Below, in pieces: positions 28,480 through 47,952 of a stretch of 64,000 nucleotides of DNA. A program made the position numbers and the translations under genes. The stretch lies in contig CM000152.2 in assembly GCA_000004695.1 (NCBI GenBank), positions 4,448,001 to 4,512,000 on the forward strand, written 5' to 3'. The notes below the pieces were generated by a model that had not been told where the DNA came from, made no database searches, and saw nothing but the letters and a program-made list of their open reading frames with translations. The stretch's first letter is position 1. The number at the start of each line of letters is the position of its first letter. This stretch comes from Dictyostelium discoideum. Its lineage: Eukaryota.

Positions 28480-29013
28480 AGTAAATCCAAAAATAAATAT
28501 ATAAATTAAAAAATAAAATCAAGATTGATCGAAACGGTTTAATTTGTTTTTTTTTTTTTTTTATTCTTTTTTTTATTTTAGGAAAAAAATATCTATTTTA
28601 TTTTTAATTTTTTTATTTTAAAATTTTTAAAAATTTTTTTTCCCCGATTGAAATCAGGGTTATTATTTTAAAAATTAAAATAAACAAAAAAAAAAAAAAA
28701 AAAAAGAAAGAAAATTAAAAAAAATTTGGACAAGTTGAATTTTTTTATTTTTTTTTATTTTTTTTTAATTTTTTTTTTTTTTTTTTAATTTTGCCATCAA
28801 AAATGAAATTCTTAAAATCCAAAAACTTTCAATTGGGTTTTGGGAGATTACTTTTTTTTTTTTTTTTTGTTATTTTTAACTGAAAATATCTTTTTTTTTT
28901 ATAAAAACTGAAAAAATTTTTTTTTTTATTTTTTTTTTTTTTAATTTTTAATTTTTTTTTAATTTTTTTTTTTTTACTTTAATTCCATTTAACCACAATT
29001 GAACAAAAAACAT

Positions 29014-29058
<45 letters not shown>

Positions 29059-29170
29059 ATTACTTATCAAAAAAAATAAAGAAATAACAAAGAAACTTTA
29101 AAAATTTATTAAAAAAAAAAAAAAAAATAAAAAAAAAAATAAAAAATAAAAAAAAAAAAAAAAATAAAAA

Positions 29171-29700
29171 ATGAATAAAGAAAGAGATAGATTACCACCA
29201 ACTTTATCAAATTATAAAAAATTATTTACAGAATCAGAAAGGAATGGTCTAAGTAAAAGATATAAAAAAGTTGATATAGGGCCAACCTTAACATTATCAT
29301 TACAAAAACCAATTTTAAATTTAGATCATTCAAATATTTTCGAACATTCATTCCATTGTTATAATCAATTTTTAAATCAAATAACACCATTAATACATTC
29401 TGTTTGTGTTTCAACTGAAAATCAAGATTCAAAATTAACAAGAAAAATATTACATGATATCCTAACATTAATCTCAACAAGTTGTTCTGAAATTAGTATC
29501 TTTAAAGAAAAAATAAATGAATTAAAAGGGAATAATAATATTAATAATAATAATAATAAAATTGAAAATGGTAAAGATAATAAACAAGAAATAAAGAAAG
29601 AAAGATTAGAGATGAAATTCATCGAAAAAACTGAAATAAATGAAAATAAAGAGGGTGAGAAAATAGATACACAACAACCACAACCACAACAACAACAACC

Positions 29701-29766
<66 letters not shown>

Positions 29767-30085
29767 GGTACAAGCTCAATTAACAAAAAAAGAGAAGAAA
29801 CAACAAAAGAGATTAGAAAAGAAAGAAATTAAAGAGAAAATTTTACAACTTCAACAAAGAGAAATTTTAAATATTCAAGAAGAAATTAAAAATTTAGAAG
29901 AAATAGGTTGTGAAGAGAATGGGTTATCAAACTCTACAGCTTCTATTATTTCAACAACTTCAAATACATCCACAGCAACATCTTCATCAACAACAACAAC
30001 TGCTGCAGTAACTACAATTACATCATTAAAAACCAAACAACAAGAAAGAGCTGAAAAAAGGAAATTAGCAAAACAAGAGAAAAAG

Positions 30086-30118
<33 letters not shown>

Positions 30119-32036
30119 AAACAACAACAACAAACTATTAAAGATGGAAATAATAATGGTGATGTAAAAAATAATGAAAATATTGAAGAAAAAGAAGACG
30201 AAGAAAAAGAAGAACAAGAACAAGAGGAGGAGAAAGAAGAAGAAGAATATGTTGAAGAAGAAGAGGAAGTTATAGATAATATTAACAAAGAAAAAGATGG
30301 TGAAGAAATTTCAAAAAAATTTGAAAAACTAAGTTTAAAACAAAAAAAACAAAAAAAGAATCTGGTTGTTAAGGAATCAACAACGACTTCAACCACAACA
30401 ACAACTACTACCACTACAACCACAACATCAAATAGTGATGGTATAATTGAAATTGGATTTGAAAATGGAGCAAATGTAACTAATGAATCAATATCGACAG
30501 TAGAATCATTAATTCAATTTGAAAAGAATATAAAATTACAATTTCTTAAAAAGATTGATGATGTAAAAATAATGGAAAAGAATTTGAAAAGGTTATCAAA
30601 CAAAGTTCATAGAATGAAGAAAAGCTCAAAAAAAGATGAAATTGAAACACAAAAACAATTGGTTATTAAACAATCTGATCACATTAAACAATTCTATTTT
30701 AGGTTATCAGATTTCTTAAAATCATTTTCAACTTCGATTTTATCATTAGAACCAACAACAACAACAACAACAACAACAACTTTAAATCCATCCTCAACTT
30801 CGATTTTATCATTAGAACCAACAACAACAACAACAACAACAACAACAACTTTAAATCCCTCTTCAACTTCTTTAAATTCAATTCTTTTATCTTTACATAA
30901 AGAGGTTAAATGTACTAGTGATAATAGATTTAAATCATTTGATGATTTAGCAAGAATCTTAACAAGATCAATTAGTGGTATTAGATTATTTTTATTTGGT
31001 TCCTCGGTTAATAGTATGGCTTTAAAAAATAGTGATATTGATGTTTGTGCTAATTTAAAAAGGAATGATGAAAAATTAATTTTTATAATTTCTTCAATTT
31101 TAAAAAAGAGTAATTTTATTTATTTATTTATTTATTTATTTATTATTATTATTATAATATATTTTTTTTAACAATTTTATATTTTAATTATTATTATTTT
31201 TAAATAATTTAGATGGATATGAAAATATTGTTACAATTAGTCAATCAAGAGTACCATTAATTAAATTTTTTGATGCAAAATATGATATTCATATTGATTT
31301 ATGTATAAATAATCTTTTAGCAATTGAAAATTCCAGGTTGATAAAATCATATTCAAGTATAGATAGTAGAATGGAGCCATTGTTTATGTTAATTAAGACA
31401 TGGGCAAAATCAAAGGGTTTAAATGATGCAGCTGAAAAGAGTTTATCATCCTATTCATATGCAAATTTGACTGTTTTCTTCCTACAAACTAGACAACCAC
31501 CAGTACTACCATGTCTTCATAAAGGTATGAGTCCAAAAACAAAAGAAGTCCTTGTTGAAAATGTAAATGTATCTTATTTGGATCCAACCATTTTCTTAAA
31601 TAGTAGTAATAATGGTAATAATAATAATGCAAATGGAAATTATGGTTTCAAATTAAATCAAAACAAAGAATCTGTTGCAGAATTGTTATTTGGATTCTTT
31701 GATTTCTATTCGAAATTTGATTTCGAAAATTGGATCATTGATATTAGAAGAGGTGAAGCTGTTCAATTGAAATCTCGTAAAGAAATTAATTCAACACCTG
31801 CAAATATTTACATTCAAGACCCATTCATTTTCGATTTCAATCCAAGTAAATCCCTAAGTGAAAAGAATTTTATAAAATTCAATACAGAAGTTCGTAAAGC
31901 AGCCTTCCTTCTATCAAAAGGTGTTGAACTCTATGGTATTAGGGATTTAATTATGGGTGATTCTGTTTTATCTTTATCAAGTAAATTAAAATCTTTTGAA
32001 TTACAAGAAAGATTGATAAAACAAAATCCTCAATAA
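29171..32036 (+). CDS. Non-canonical poly(A)/poly(U) polymerase of the Cid1/Gld2/TUTase family of terminal nucleotidyltransferases, about 920 aa. Two exons at about 29171-31109 and 31213-32036.
   Basis: The Pol-beta-type nucleotidyltransferase motif LFLFGSSVNSMALKNSDIDVC is in exon 1. Exon 1 ends at a GTAATT donor (phase 1). Exon 2 (acceptor aatttag) encodes the PAP-associated region ...SRVPLIKFFDAKYDIHIDLCINNLLAIENSRLIKSYSSIDSRMEPLFMLIKTWAK... The N-terminal half is long and poly-Q/T-rich. Confidence 0.8.
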
Positions 32037-32304
32037 ATCTGTAAATTATAAAAGTTTTATCTTTTATAATTTACATTTTTTTTTTTTTTTTTTATTTTTC
32101 CTCCAAAATAGTATAATATATATATAACTCGCACAACTTACAAAAAAATTAATAGAAATAAATAACAACAATATTTGTAATAATTAATAAATAATAATAA
32201 TAAAAATAATAAAATTAAAACGAATATTAATTTTTTTTTTTTAAAAAAAAAAATAATAAAATTAATTTATATGATTAGTTTTATTTGATTTTTTATTATT
32301 GAAT

Positions 32305-37819
<5,515 letters not shown>

Positions 37820-37938
37820 TATTAATATGTATGAATATTTAAATGAAAAGAAAAAAAAAAAAAAACAAATAAACACACTGTGATGAAAAAAAAAAAAATA
37901 AAATTAAATTAAAAAAAATGAAAATTTAAATTCAGTTT

Positions 37939-37975
<37 letters not shown>

Positions 37976-38136
37976 CCTTTTAGGTGACATTAGCTTTATT
38001 TATATGCATTTAATAATATATTTTTGTGAATGGGTTTTTTTTTTAAAATTTCCATATAAAAAAAAAAAAAAATGCCAATATAAACAGAAAAAAAAAAATA
38101 AAAAAATATTAAAACTAAACAAATTCTTATTAAAAT

Positions 38137-38183
<47 letters not shown>

Positions 38184-38205
38184 ATTTTTATTTTATTTTT
38201 TAAAT

Positions 38206-39897
38206 TTAGTTTTTCTTTAAAATTTGAGAACTTGCATAAAAGATACAACCAATTAAATTTAAATTAATGATAATCTTTTGACCAAATACTGGAATGGTTG
38301 ATAACCATTCAAGTTTTGGATGATCTAAGAATTCTTCTCCTAAAAATGGTTTAATTGAACAAACCATTGCATTATTTCTAACGATATTATCACCAATTAA
38401 GAAAACTGATGCACCAAATGTACCAACACTAATTTCTCTAGCGCATCTAACAAGATATTGATAATGAATTTTCATTGTCTTTACACAACTACAATTTAAA
38501 TTCTCTGGATTTGCTGCTGCTTGACTTGCAACTATAATTAATTAATTAATTAATTTTTATTATTATTATTAGTAAATTTAATTTCAAAAAAATAAAATAA
38601 AATAAAATAAAATAAAATAAAATAAATTAATTGATTAATAAATAAATAAAATGTAATTACTTTCTGAATTATTTCTTTCTGGTTCATTTTCATGTTTCAT
38701 AATACTATAAAGTGCTTGAACACCACGACCACTAACAATATCTTCATATTCTAATGAGTAGTTGGTTCTTGTACTAGAAATAAATAGATTAAATAACAGA
38801 TAATTAGATTTGTTATATATATATATTACTATAAAGAGAAAGTTATTTAAAACACTAATAATAATAATAATAATGATACTTTACATTTCCTTTTCTTTAA
38901 TAATGTTTTGTAATTTTTTGAATAATTCTTGTTCACAATCATTAGTATCTGAACAAATGCTAATATGACCAAACTCTGATGGAATAACTTTATATTGATC
39001 ACCAAATTTAGTGATTAAACCTACACCTAAACCAGTACCTGCTGCTAAAACTGGGTCTAAAAATTATAATAAAAATTAAAAATAATTGTAATTATATTAG
39101 TATATATATGTATAATTATACACATTGTAGTATATACTACAAAATAAAAATAATCAAAACTTACAAACACAATTATCTGGTTGTCTTAATGGACCTGTTT
39201 GTTGAACGATAGTTGAGAAAATTGAATCTAAACCACCTTCAGACCTCATGAATGGGATGATACCATAAGCACCACTTTCAAGATCATTTAAAACTGCAAA
39301 TTTACCTGGTGGACAAAGTTTGCTTGGTAATTTCTCTGTGTAAAGGAAATTATCAGATTCAATATAGTTGGTTAATTTATACTAATTTATTAATTTATTA
39401 ATTTAAAAATAATAAAAAATAAAAAATAAAAAAAAGTATTAGAATTACATTTACAATAATATATTAAAAAAAAAAAAAAAAAAAAAAATTATATAAATTT
39501 ATAATTACTTTATTTTTTGAAAGATGTGGACCAGCAAGATCGATACAACAGAATTCTGGTTCGATAAAATTACCTAAACATTCATTTTGAATAATTGTTA
39601 ATTCTTCAATGAGTTTTGTGATATTACTGCATAAGAATTCTTTGATTGTATAATAATCACCATTTTCTGTTGCATATACTACTCTTGTATTTGTACCACC
39701 AATATCAATACCAATAAAATATTGCTAAAATTATATTAAATTAAAAAATAAAAAAATAAAAAATAAAGTTAATAAATGATTTATTTACTTTATTTTTTTA
39801 TTTTTTATTTTTTATTTTTTATTTTTAGTATACTTACAGAGTCTGTTTTTTGTTCTTCAATAAGTTTTGAGTAGTCTCCTAATACTTTATAAACCAT
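38206..39897 (-). CDS. Bacterial-type glucokinase (Glk family, ATP:D-glucose 6-phosphotransferase). Six exons at about 39838-39897, 39509-39724, 39165-39381, 38885-39056, 38661-38773 and 38206-38531, giving about 367 aa.
   Basis: Hand-spliced, the protein aligns along its full length with E. coli Glk. QYFIGIDIGGTNTRVV matches YALVGDVGGTNARLAL. LNDLESGAYGII matches INDFTAVSMAI. LAAGTGLGVGLITKFGDQYKVIPSEFGHISI matches [47 protein letters not shown] matches AERVLSGPGLVNLYRAI. ISVGTFGASVFLIGDNIVRN matches LNLGTFGGVFIAGGIVPRF. All five introns are GT..AG, AT-rich and phase-consistent (GTAAGT, GTAATT, GTAAGT, GTAAAG, GTAATT). Confidence 0.8.
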
Positions 39898-40420
39898 TTT
39901 TGTTTTTATGTATGTTTTTAAAAAAAAAGAAAATTATGAAAATAAAAAAAAAAAAAAAAAAAAATTTGGGAGTATTTAATTATTTTTTTTTTAAAAAATA
40001 AAATAAAAAAAAAAAAAATTAAAATAAAATGATGTTGAAAGTCGGGGTGCTGAACTTATCAATTGGAGGATCGTCTGAATGTTCAATTCGAATTAATTCC
40101 GGAAAAAAAAAAAAAAAAAAAATTAAAAAATAAAATTTAAAAAAAAAAAAATAAATTGTTAATTAAAAAAAAATATTGTTAATACTAAAAAAAAAATATA
40201 TTGTCAATATTTAAAAAAAATAATTAAAAAAATTTAAAAACCCAAAATAAATAATTTTTTTTTTTTTTTTTTTTTAGAGGCAGTCAAGAAAAAAAGTAGA
40301 TTATATTTTTATTTAAAATTAATTTTAAGAAAATTAATAGTAGTTCCAAAATAAAAATAAAAAAACACTTATTTGTTATTCCTATTATTTTTTTATTAAT
40401 TTATTTATTTTCGACTAACC

Positions 40421-40456
<36 letters not shown>

Positions 40457-41145
40457 ATTATTTTTAGTTGTTTATGATTTTTTTTTTTTTTTATAATGAT
40501 AATGAAATGTTATTAATTTTATTGATTTCACCTACCCCCATTAAAATAATTTTTTTAATAAAAATAATATATATTATTATTTTTATAATATTAAAAATAG
40601 CGACATATGAACTTTAATTTTGTTTCAGTGAGGAGCGAGGGTGAGTGTTAGTGTGAGTATTTTAAATACATAATTAATAATATCTAAAAGATTTTAAAAA
40701 ATAATTGAATATTCCTATTAAAAAGAGGGACACAATGATGAAACACAACCTCCCTTCATATGTGATTTTAAAAACATATTAAAATTAAAAAAAAAAAAAA
40801 AAAATTAAGAGGAAAAAAAAAACAAATAGTTTTTTTAAGTGGGTTGTGTTTCAAGTGGGGTGATTTAGATAATTTTTTCAAAAAAAATAACCAATAATTT
40901 GCCCCCACCCACTTTCACTATCAAGTTTTTTTATTTTGAAAAAAAAAATTTTGTGTTTAAAAATAAATTAACAAAAAAAAAAAAATAATAAAAATACATT
41001 TTTTGTGGTGAGATAAATAGAGATAATGATGAATATAAACGACAATTCGAGAAATGAAACCTTTTTTTAGAATGTTTTTGAGATCATATTGAGAGATAAT
41101 TAATCAAAGTGGTGAAATACCCACAAAATTATTTTAAAAATAAAA

Positions 41146-41179
<34 letters not shown>

Positions 41180-41675
41180 AATTAAATTAAATTTTTGATT
41201 AATATTATTTTTTATTTTTTTTTTTTATTTTTTTATTTTATTTTATTTAATTTAATTTAATTTAAATTTTAAATATTTATTTTGGAATTCCAAAAAAAAA
41301 TAAATTCAAACTGTATTATATTGTATTATTAACAAGAACTAGAAAATTTCCTAATCTACTTTTTTTTATTTTAAAATAAATAAAAAAAATATATAAACAA
41401 ATTTTAAAAAAGGTAATAAAAAAATCAATTTTAAATTAAACGATAGATAAAATGAGATCAAATTTTATTTTAATTAAATTTAATTTTTAATTAATTAAAT
41501 AATAATAATAATAATAATTGTAAAATAATAATAAAAATAATGATAATAATAAAAATAATAATAATATTTTTAATATTCTTATTAGTAATTATTATAAATG
41601 GAATTAATTTGAAATTGTTTTAAACACTACATTCTTATTTTAGTTTTTTAAAAATTATCAAAATAATTTATATTT

Positions 41676-41800
<125 letters not shown>

Positions 41801-42118
41801 TTAATTTTAAATTAGATTTGAAATTAAATGTCAGGTTTTTTTAGAAATTTTTTATTTTTTTTCTTTATTATTTTTTTTTTTTTTTTGAATTGTGTGTTAG
41901 ATTTTAATAAATAAATTATTTAATAAATAATAAACCCATTCTCTTAAATAATGGGGTTAAAGAAAATTAACTATAAAAGTTTTATATGGCTAAAACCACA
42001 TAAAATAAAATAAATTTTAAAAAATTATAAATTAAAAAATTAAATATATATTAATATATCGAGCTGAATCTTTTCGATGTTCATTTTTTAAAATAATAAC
42101 AATATATAAAAAAATAAA

Positions 42119-42151
<33 letters not shown>

Positions 42152-42200
42152 ATAATAATAGTAATAATAATAATAATTTTAAACTACCAAGTCCCCACTT

Positions 42201-42250
<50 letters not shown>

Positions 42251-42914
42251 CAAAAAATTGAAAATTGTGGGGTGTTTAAGTTTTCAATAACAATTGAATA
42301 GAAATTATATATAATATTCTATATTAAATAATTGTTGGATTTAATTGTGATACTATTTTTACTATCATAACAACCCCATTAATACATATAAGCACACAAA
42401 CACTACACACTACACACACAACATAAACAACAAAAATAACAACAATAACAACAAAACACTAACCACACGTACAACAACACTAACCACACATAATCATTAA
42501 GAAATAATAACAGCAAAATTTAAAAAAAATAAAAATAAAAAAATAAAAAAAAAAGAAAAAAAAAAAAGAAAAAAAGAAAAAAAAAAAAAAAAAAGAAAAT
42601 AATATTGTTCCTTCCACTACTACTACTATTATTATTTTCATACCACTTTCAAACAAAAGGAACAAATAATAATAATAATTGTATCAATAACCAATAGAAT
42701 TAATTTTTTTTTTTTTTTTTTTAAAAACTTTAACTTTTTTTGGAATATTATTAAAACCGACATTAAAAAAAAAAAAAAAAAAAAAAAAGAGGTAAAAATA
42801 ATAATTATACAGATAATAATATTATCATTCATAATAATTATAAAAAAAATAATTATAAATAATAAAATCAAAAATAATTATAATAATAATAATTTTTTTT
42901 TAAAAAAAAAAAAT

Positions 42915-42945
<31 letters not shown>

Positions 42946-43677
42946 TGTGATATGTTTTAGGTTGGTAAAATTATTTTATTTATTTATTTATTTATTTATT
43001 TTATTTTATTTTTTTTAAAAAAAAAAAAAATTAGCTGTTTTTAAAATAATTTGATAAAATAAATAATCACATTCAATTGTGATATATTAATTGTATTCTA
43101 TTTAATTAAAATAAATAACAATTGTTGTTTTTATCCATTTTTTTATTTTTTTTTTTTTTTATTTTTTTGTGAATTACAAAAAAAAAAAAAAAAAAAAAAA
43201 AAAAGGTTACTTTAATTTTTTTTTTTTTTTTTTTTTTTTAAATAATTGTTTTTGTCCAAAATATTTTATTAAAATTTATGCTATCTTATTATTTATATCT
43301 TGCATAATTCAATTAAAATATTTTTAAGAAAAGGAACAACCCTCTTTTAAAAATATTAAATTATAAAAAAATAAATAATAATTAAAAAAAAAATAAAAAT
43401 AAAATTTTTTAAAAAAAAAAAAAAAAACTCTTAAAATTATATAATTGGAAATAATAATAATATAATAATAGTTGTAAAATAGTATGTATTTATTTTTATT
43501 TTTTTATTTATTATTTCCTTTATTTTTAACATTTTATTTAAATAATAATAATAATAATAATTTAAAATAATAATAAAAAAAATTTTATAACAGTTTCAAA
43601 CTTTTAATTTTATAATTAAAATATTTGAAACTATGTCATAACTGACTCTTCTTTAACTGTGTGAGTTTTTTGTGTTT

Positions 43678-43712
43678 GTGGAGTGTGTGTGTGTGTGTGT
43701 GTGTGTGTGTAT
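43678..43712. repeat. (GT)n dinucleotide repeat of about 17 units, preceded by a G/T-rich stretch, in the srfA upstream region.
   Basis: The sequence is gtgtttgtggagtgtgtgtgtgtgtgtgtgtgtgtgt. Confidence 0.85.
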
Positions 43713-44823
43713 TTATTAATTTTATATGTGTAAAAAATTTATATATTAATTTTAAATATTGTGATATGTTCACCAATTCAAAAAAAAAAAAAATATTAAA
43801 ATAATAATAAAAAAATTTAAATAGTATGTTATTCTTTATAATAATATCAAATTAAAAACATCATACAACACCTACATCATCCAAGTTGTTGTTTTTAAAA
43901 AAGACAGTTAACAATAAAAAACACATTGTTAAATAGATGCATACTCGTTAAAAAAAAAAAAATAAAAAAAAAATAAAATAATAAATAAAAAAAATAAAAT
44001 ACACACAGTTAAAAAAAAAAATAATAATATTAATAACTAGAGAACGAGTGAAATAATAATTTTTTAAAAAAACATATACACCCCCCCACTTTATATAAGT
44101 TTTTTTATTTATTTAATTTTTTTATTAAATTATTATTTTTTTTTTTTTGTGTGTGTCTTTTTTTGTGTGTTGTGGTTATTTTTTTTTAATAGATTTGTGT
44201 TTGAGTGGGTTGGTTTGTGGTGATAGTTGATTTCAAAATATAGCCCTTACAAATAAAAGTTTTATTATGGTGATAACTAAAAAAAATAAAAAAAACAATT
44301 AAAATAAAAAAATAATTTAAAAAAGAATATAAATAATCTTTTTTTTTTTTTTTTATTGTTTTTTTTTTTTTTTTTTTTTTCATAAATAGTTTTTTTTTAA
44401 AAAAAAAAAATTAAATAATAATAATAAAAAACACAATCAAAAAAAGCAACAACACCACCACCACCAACAACAACAACAACAACAATAACATCCAAACCAC
44501 ATACAAAAAAGGGAATACCTAAAATAATCCCAATTTAGAATTTATTAATCAAACCGTCAAATAAAATTAATAATAAAATAAATAAATAATTTATTTATAA
44601 ATATTAATTTTTTAATAATTGTATTATTTATAATAAAACCAAAATTCCTTTTAATGTATGTTTTTATTTGATTTATTTTATTATTTTTATTTTTAACAAC
44701 AACAACACTATTTTAAAAAATTGTTTTGTTTTTTTTTTGTTTTTTTTATTTTATTTTATTTTATTTTATTTTATTTTTTTTACTACAACTCCTAAAAAAA
44801 GAAATTAAATCCAAACAAATCAA

Positions 44824-44856
<33 letters not shown>

Positions 44857-45594
44857 TAGTAACTATACTACAAAAAAATAATTAACAAATTACATTAATT
44901 ATCATCATCATCACCATCATCACCATCCATCATCCATCAAACCTTTTTTCATTTATATATGGTGTAAATTTTATTTAGATTTTACTTTTTTTTTTTTTTT
45001 TTTATTATTGTTTAAAAAAAAAAAAATTTTATTTTTTTTATTTTTTTTTGTTTTTTTTTTTTTTTTTTTTTTACAAAAAAGGTAATTTTTTATAAAACTC
45101 TAATCTTAAAATATTTCACCAACTTTTTTTCACTATTAACAATTTACACCCCACACATACAATACACCATATATTTTTGAGAAGGTTTTACTTTTTTTTA
45201 TTTTTAAATTACATTTAATTTTTTTTTTTATTTTATTTTTTTTTTTTAAATATTATTTTTTTTTTTTTTTATTTATTTTTTTTTTTAATGTTAAATTTGG
45301 AATTATTTTTTAAATACTTTTTCCCTATTTTATCTTTATGTGTTTTTTTGATCATCAACCTTCTTTTTATTAAATAAAATCACAACCCACAATCACCATC
45401 ACCCTACATTTTTAAATCAATTGATAATCTATATAAACGTATATACTAACTTTACTTTAAAATAATATTTTATTTTTTTTATTATATATATCTTAATTTT
45501 CTATAGCAAATAATTAATTTTTAAAAAAAAAAAAAAAGAAAAAAAAAAAATTTTATTTCAAACCACCCAAATAGTATATTACATCATCACGTTT

Positions 45595-45725
45595 TCATCA
45601 TCAACTTATATTATTATTTTTTTTTTTGTGCCCCACTCCCAACCACATAAATTTCCAATTTAAAAATTAAAAAAACACCCACAAACCCACATAACCCAAA
45701 TTTGTATATTATAAAAAAAAAAAAA
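45595..45725. promoter_or_regulatory. Cluster of C/A-rich elements 300-420 bp upstream of the MADS-box gene start codon.
   Basis: The sequence ...ccccactcccaaccacat...cacccacaaacccacataacccaaa...aaacccacactc... matches CA/GT-rich promoter elements. Elements of this kind, read on the opposite strand as G-boxes, are known targets of GBF/CAE-binding factors in Dictyostelium post-aggregative genes. They stand out in a region that is otherwise more than 85% A+T. Confidence 0.4.
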
Positions 45726-45968
45726 CCCACACTCTTTGCTATAAATCAAATATATTTATATTAATTTTATTTATTTGTATAAAAAAAAAAAATTTTAATT
45801 TTTAAAAAAAAAATTTATTTATTATAAAAAAAAAATAATAATAATAATTGTTTATTTTAAAAAAAAAAAAAAAAACATAAATCAAAAAAACAATAAAAAA
45901 AAAAAAAAAAAATCAACAGTTAAAAAAAAAATAATAATAATAATAATTAAAGTAAAAAACGGATTTCT

Positions 45969-46018
<50 letters not shown>

Positions 46019-46019
<1 letters not shown>

Positions 46020-46563
46020 TGAGCTTATCAACAGTATCAAACCATATAATAAATCCATTAGGAAATGTTGTTTATGGTAATCCATCATCACCAACATCAA
46101 CTTCATCATCATCATCCCTAACACCAACATCAACCAACGAAGAAATGATAAAGAAAGAAGATAGTGGTACAAGTGAACCATCATCACCTTCTACAGGTGA
46201 GTGTAACGGTAAAAAAGCTGGTAGAAGAAAAATTAAAATAGAGTTCATCGATGATAAATCCAGAAGACATATTACCTTTTCCAAAAGAAAAGCTGGTATC
46301 ATGAAGAAAGCATACGAGCTATCAACTCTTACCGGTACTCAAGTCTTATTATTAGTTGCCTCCGAAACTGGTCATGTATATACATTTGCAACTGCTAAAT
46401 TACAACCATTAATCACTAGACCAGAAGGTAAAAACCTCATTCAATCTTGCTTAAATACTCCTGATAATCCAAATTCACCTTCAATGGCAAATCAAAATAG
46501 TAATAATAATTCAAATTTATTACAACAACAACAACAACAACAATTACAACAACAACAACAATT

Positions 46564-46630
<67 letters not shown>

Positions 46631-46710
46631 GCTGCTCAACAAGCTGTCCAACAACAACAACAACAACAAGCCGCTCAACAACAAGCCGCTCAACAACAAC
46701 AATTACAATT

Positions 46711-46778
<68 letters not shown>

Positions 46779-46931
46779 TACAACAATTACAACAACAACA
46801 ATTATTACAACAACAACAACACCAACAAATACAACAACATCAACAACAACAACAATATATAAATTCAAATGGATATCCTGAAACAATTTACGACATTCAA
46901 GATAAAGATATTGAAAGAAGATTAGGAAAAG

Positions 46932-46967
<36 letters not shown>

Positions 46968-47275
46968 TTAATAATAATAATAATAATAACAATAGTAATA
47001 ATAATAGTGGTAATAATAATAGCAATAATAATAATAATAATAATAATAAAAATAATTCAAATAATAATTCACAATATATTCAACAACAAAATTTAAATAT
47101 TGACTTAAACTATAGTAACCCAAATGTTTATCCAATTGGTAATTATTTCCAACAAACCGTTCAATCAAGATATATTCAAAGTAGTAGCAGTGCCTCTTCC
47201 TCACCAGCTTCTCCAAACCAATTTAATTATTCAAATCATTCAATGCCATTAAATAATCAATTTCCACCATGCTAA
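46019..47275 (+). CDS. srfA: SRF-type MADS-box transcription factor of 418 aa.
   Basis: It is a single ORF. The MADS box GRRKIKIEFIDDKSRRHITFSKRKAGIMKKAYELSTLTGTQVLLLVASETGHVYTFATAKLQPLIT is of the SRF (not MEF2) type. The C-terminal half is poly-Q/N. The size, the SRF-type box and the very large upstream non-coding region fit what I recall of D. discoideum srfA. The symbol is assigned from memory with moderate confidence. Confidence 0.75.
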
Positions 47276-47952
47276 ATAATTTATAAAAAAAATAATAATA
47301 ATAAATAATAATAATAACAATAATAACAATAAGAATAATTAAACAACTATAAATTTTAAAATATAATTCCAACAAACCGCCATATAGAAGTCTTTTTTTC
47401 TTTCCTTTTTTCCATTTTTTTTTTTTTTTTAATTTATAAAAAAAAAAAAAACTAATAATAATCTGTATACATTCCGGGATAGAAAAAAAGAAGTGATCCA
47501 AATACGCATTGGGAACGAGATATAATATAAATAAACATTATTTATTTAAAAATTAAGTAAATAAAAAAAAAAAAAATAAAAAAAAAGTTGAAAAAAAAAA
47601 AAAAAAAAAAATCCATTCTAAACTTTCTATTATTTTATTGTGTAAAGAGAGATATATCCTTTTTTTTTTTTAACATTAATTAATTACTATTATTCACAAT
47701 TAACATATTAAATTTAAAAAAAATAAAAAAAATAAAAACCAAGAAACAAAATTAGGATTTATTTAATTCTCAAAAAAATATAAAATAAAAAGAAATCAAA
47801 ATTAAAAATAAAAAAAAAATAAAATAAAATAAAAATAAAAATTTAAAAAAAAAAATTTGCCACACGAGCGAGTCGCGTTTTTTTTTTTTTTATTTTTTTT
47901 TTTTTATTTTTTTTTAATTAAAAAAATTTGAGAATAGAGATAGAATATAGAA

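Noticed and set aside
40028-41110. ATGATGA-containing GC islands (40720-40760 and 41015-41045) considered as box C/D snoRNAs, and the 40028-40100 island considered as a class I RNA.
   Set aside because: No matching D box (CTGA) with a terminal stem could be found at the right spacing. The class I 11-nt conserved motif is absent. I list them only as regulatory or ncRNA candidates of low confidence.
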